Below, one piece after another: positions 62,401 to 64,000 of a stretch of DNA of 64,000 nucleotides (its first letter is position 1; every line of letters begins with the position of its first letter). This DNA comes from Mizuhopecten yessoensis (lineage: Eukaryota). A program made the translations under genes and the position numbers. The notes beneath the pieces were generated by a model. The model was not told the origin of the DNA. It saw only the letters and a list, made by a program, of their open reading frames with translations, and ran no database searches. The stretch spans positions 876,107 to 940,106 of the forward strand of contig NW_018408645.1 in NCBI RefSeq assembly GCF_002113885.1. The letters run 5' to 3'.

Positions 62401-63275
62401 ACATAAACTTCACTTATTCCCAATCTGAAACCCGTTACACTTATACTTCACTGATCCCCACACTGAAGCTCACTAAAACTGAACTTCACTAATCCCCACC
62501 TGGTGTTCACTTAATATAAACGAAGTATCTTATATATGATAATGATATGACAATTAATTGCAACTTACATTAAATGTGCGTTTGACTCCCTGGTAAGGAT
62601 GACCAAATTAAAATTGACCTTTGACATAAGACTGGGAAATCTATTCAAAATATAAATACCAAAAAAGAGCACACAATCACTTATATTGATCATAGACGTA
62701 CTTAAAGTTTCAAATGGTGTTCATTTTTGAAAGCAAATTGCTATGTCGTCATATAAGTATCACAGAAATAATACATTTTAATTAAATTTTGTTAGAATTC
62801 ATTGTATTAAGTATATAAAAAATATTAATATAAGTTCAACTTTAAAAGGGAAACCGATTAGTTATTATGTTAAGACTATGGTGTTTAATGGAGTTTAATA
62901 TATTGTTAATGGTATTTTGGTTTACACATTGAATGGAGTTTTAAATGTTAATAATAGGGTTTCACTTCAAAATGAAACACATATGTTAATTATTATTTGG
63001 CTAACACATACAACGGGGTATATACGTTAATGATATTCAGGTTAATACACGGAATTTAATTATTTTGTTAACGATATTTGTGTTTTGCATTGTAGATCCA
63101 GTTCGTGGCGTTCGTCATACACACAGGGTATAACTTGCTAATCGACTGTGACTTTCCTCAAGGATTTAACGTCGCCGTTTTCCTCTACTCGATTTCTCTC
63201 ATCTTTCTGTTTGGTAACTTCTACTATCGTGCCTACCTCCTCAAACAACGGGAACAGAAGAAGAAACTGTACTGA
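53433..63275 (+). CDS. ELOVL4: Elongation of very-long-chain fatty acids protein, ELOVL4-like paralogue B, 7 coding exons, 269 aa
   Basis: Exons: 53433-53493, 54421-54608, 57538-57618, 59522-59578, 61608-61722, 61978-62105, 63096-63275. Internal exon sizes (188, 81, 57, 115, 128) are identical to paralogue A. Motifs [33 protein letters not shown] and C-terminal KKLY (KKxx ER retrieval). A probable 5'UTR exon donor lies at 52828. Confidence 0.9.
55556..55770. repeat. 16-bp minisatellite
   Basis: Unit atgtctgtagttatgt. Confidence 0.9.
55830..56900. repeat. 23-bp minisatellite with an internal palindrome
   Basis: Unit agtactacccctgctacagtact; adjacent units form the palindrome agtactagtact. 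Confidence 0.95.
57601..59206 (+). repeat. 63-bp minisatellite containing the ELOVL-B exon 3 donor (~25 units)
   Basis: Unit ag(c/t)cccctagccttaagg|gtgagtgttttatataacattacaattatctatgtcggtatcaac. The first unit overlaps the exon end. Confidence 0.97.
59655..61180. repeat. 31-bp minisatellite (ELOVL-B intron 4)
   Basis: Unit ccagccatcactaatctggttgaccgtctat. Confidence 0.95.
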
Positions 63276-64000
63276 TTAGGGAAAGTTACACTCATTCCAA
63301 TCGTGATATACCTCACAGTACTCCTTAGTGGTATGAAGGTTCCGTCGCTCGGGTCTGTCGCATATAGTGCATCTCAGTACAACTTAGCTGTACTAGCTGA
63401 ACGAAGGATCCAGGATCAAACTTACCTTTGTCTACCTACTCTGTCTGTTGCATTATGTTAATTTAAAAAAAATAAATCATTTTTTCATGTATATCACGTG
63501 TCATGTGACATGTCCGATGTGTGGTGATAGTCTTGGCCGTTGGTTTGTACATTTGAACCGCGAATATTTGTACATAGAAAATGTACAACGTATCAAATTA
63601 CAAGTGCCAACCGACCATGCAATTTTGTATCAAAGTTAAACCATAAAATAATGAATCGAGGAACATTTCATGCAGTGCAGTACATCATTCATGTATAAGA
63701 GAGGCCAGTCAAGTTGTCAAAGAGATAACACACTGCTTACATTTATTATTTTAGAAAACATGAAATAAATTCATATATTTGTGTTTAGCTTTTAAGATTA
63801 TAGATAGTCCTGTCTCGGGCTGATTTTAAGTCCTTAAACACGTGATTTTTGTACAAATATCAATTTTTATTACAGTTGCTTACTTTTCACATAGTTTTGT
63901 AGTTTGTGATAAATATAATTCAAAAAGCGTTACCAATGTTTAATAAATTAATTTTATATCAACAAAATATTTGGTACTTTTTTATAATACAGCCCGGCAC

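Overview
AT-rich eukaryotic (animal) genomic DNA. The repeat types and the B-box/NHL gene family suggest a bivalve mollusc, but that is an inference. Reading GT-AG junctions by hand gives four complete spliced genes: GET3/ASNA1 (- strand, 8 exons, 335 aa), TECR (+, 12 exons, 303 aa, head-to-head with GET3 with only 138 bp between the ATGs) and two tandem ELOVL4-like elongases (+, 7 coding exons each, 278 and 269 aa). Between the two elongases lie a ~3.5 kb foldback made of two convergent C2H2 zinc-finger exons, an intronless B-box/coiled-coil/NHL-like gene, and a complete miniature LTR retrotransposon with tRNA-like Pol III promoters inside its LTRs. Introns carry Helentron-type (HINE-like) elements with 146-156 bp tandem cores, LINE/SINE/MITE fragments and many minisatellites. 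The most unusual pattern is that several repeats are duplications of the genes' own exon-intron junctions, creating arrays of competing splice sites. This includes independent duplication of the same donor in both ELOVL paralogues. There is one assembly gap (282-636).
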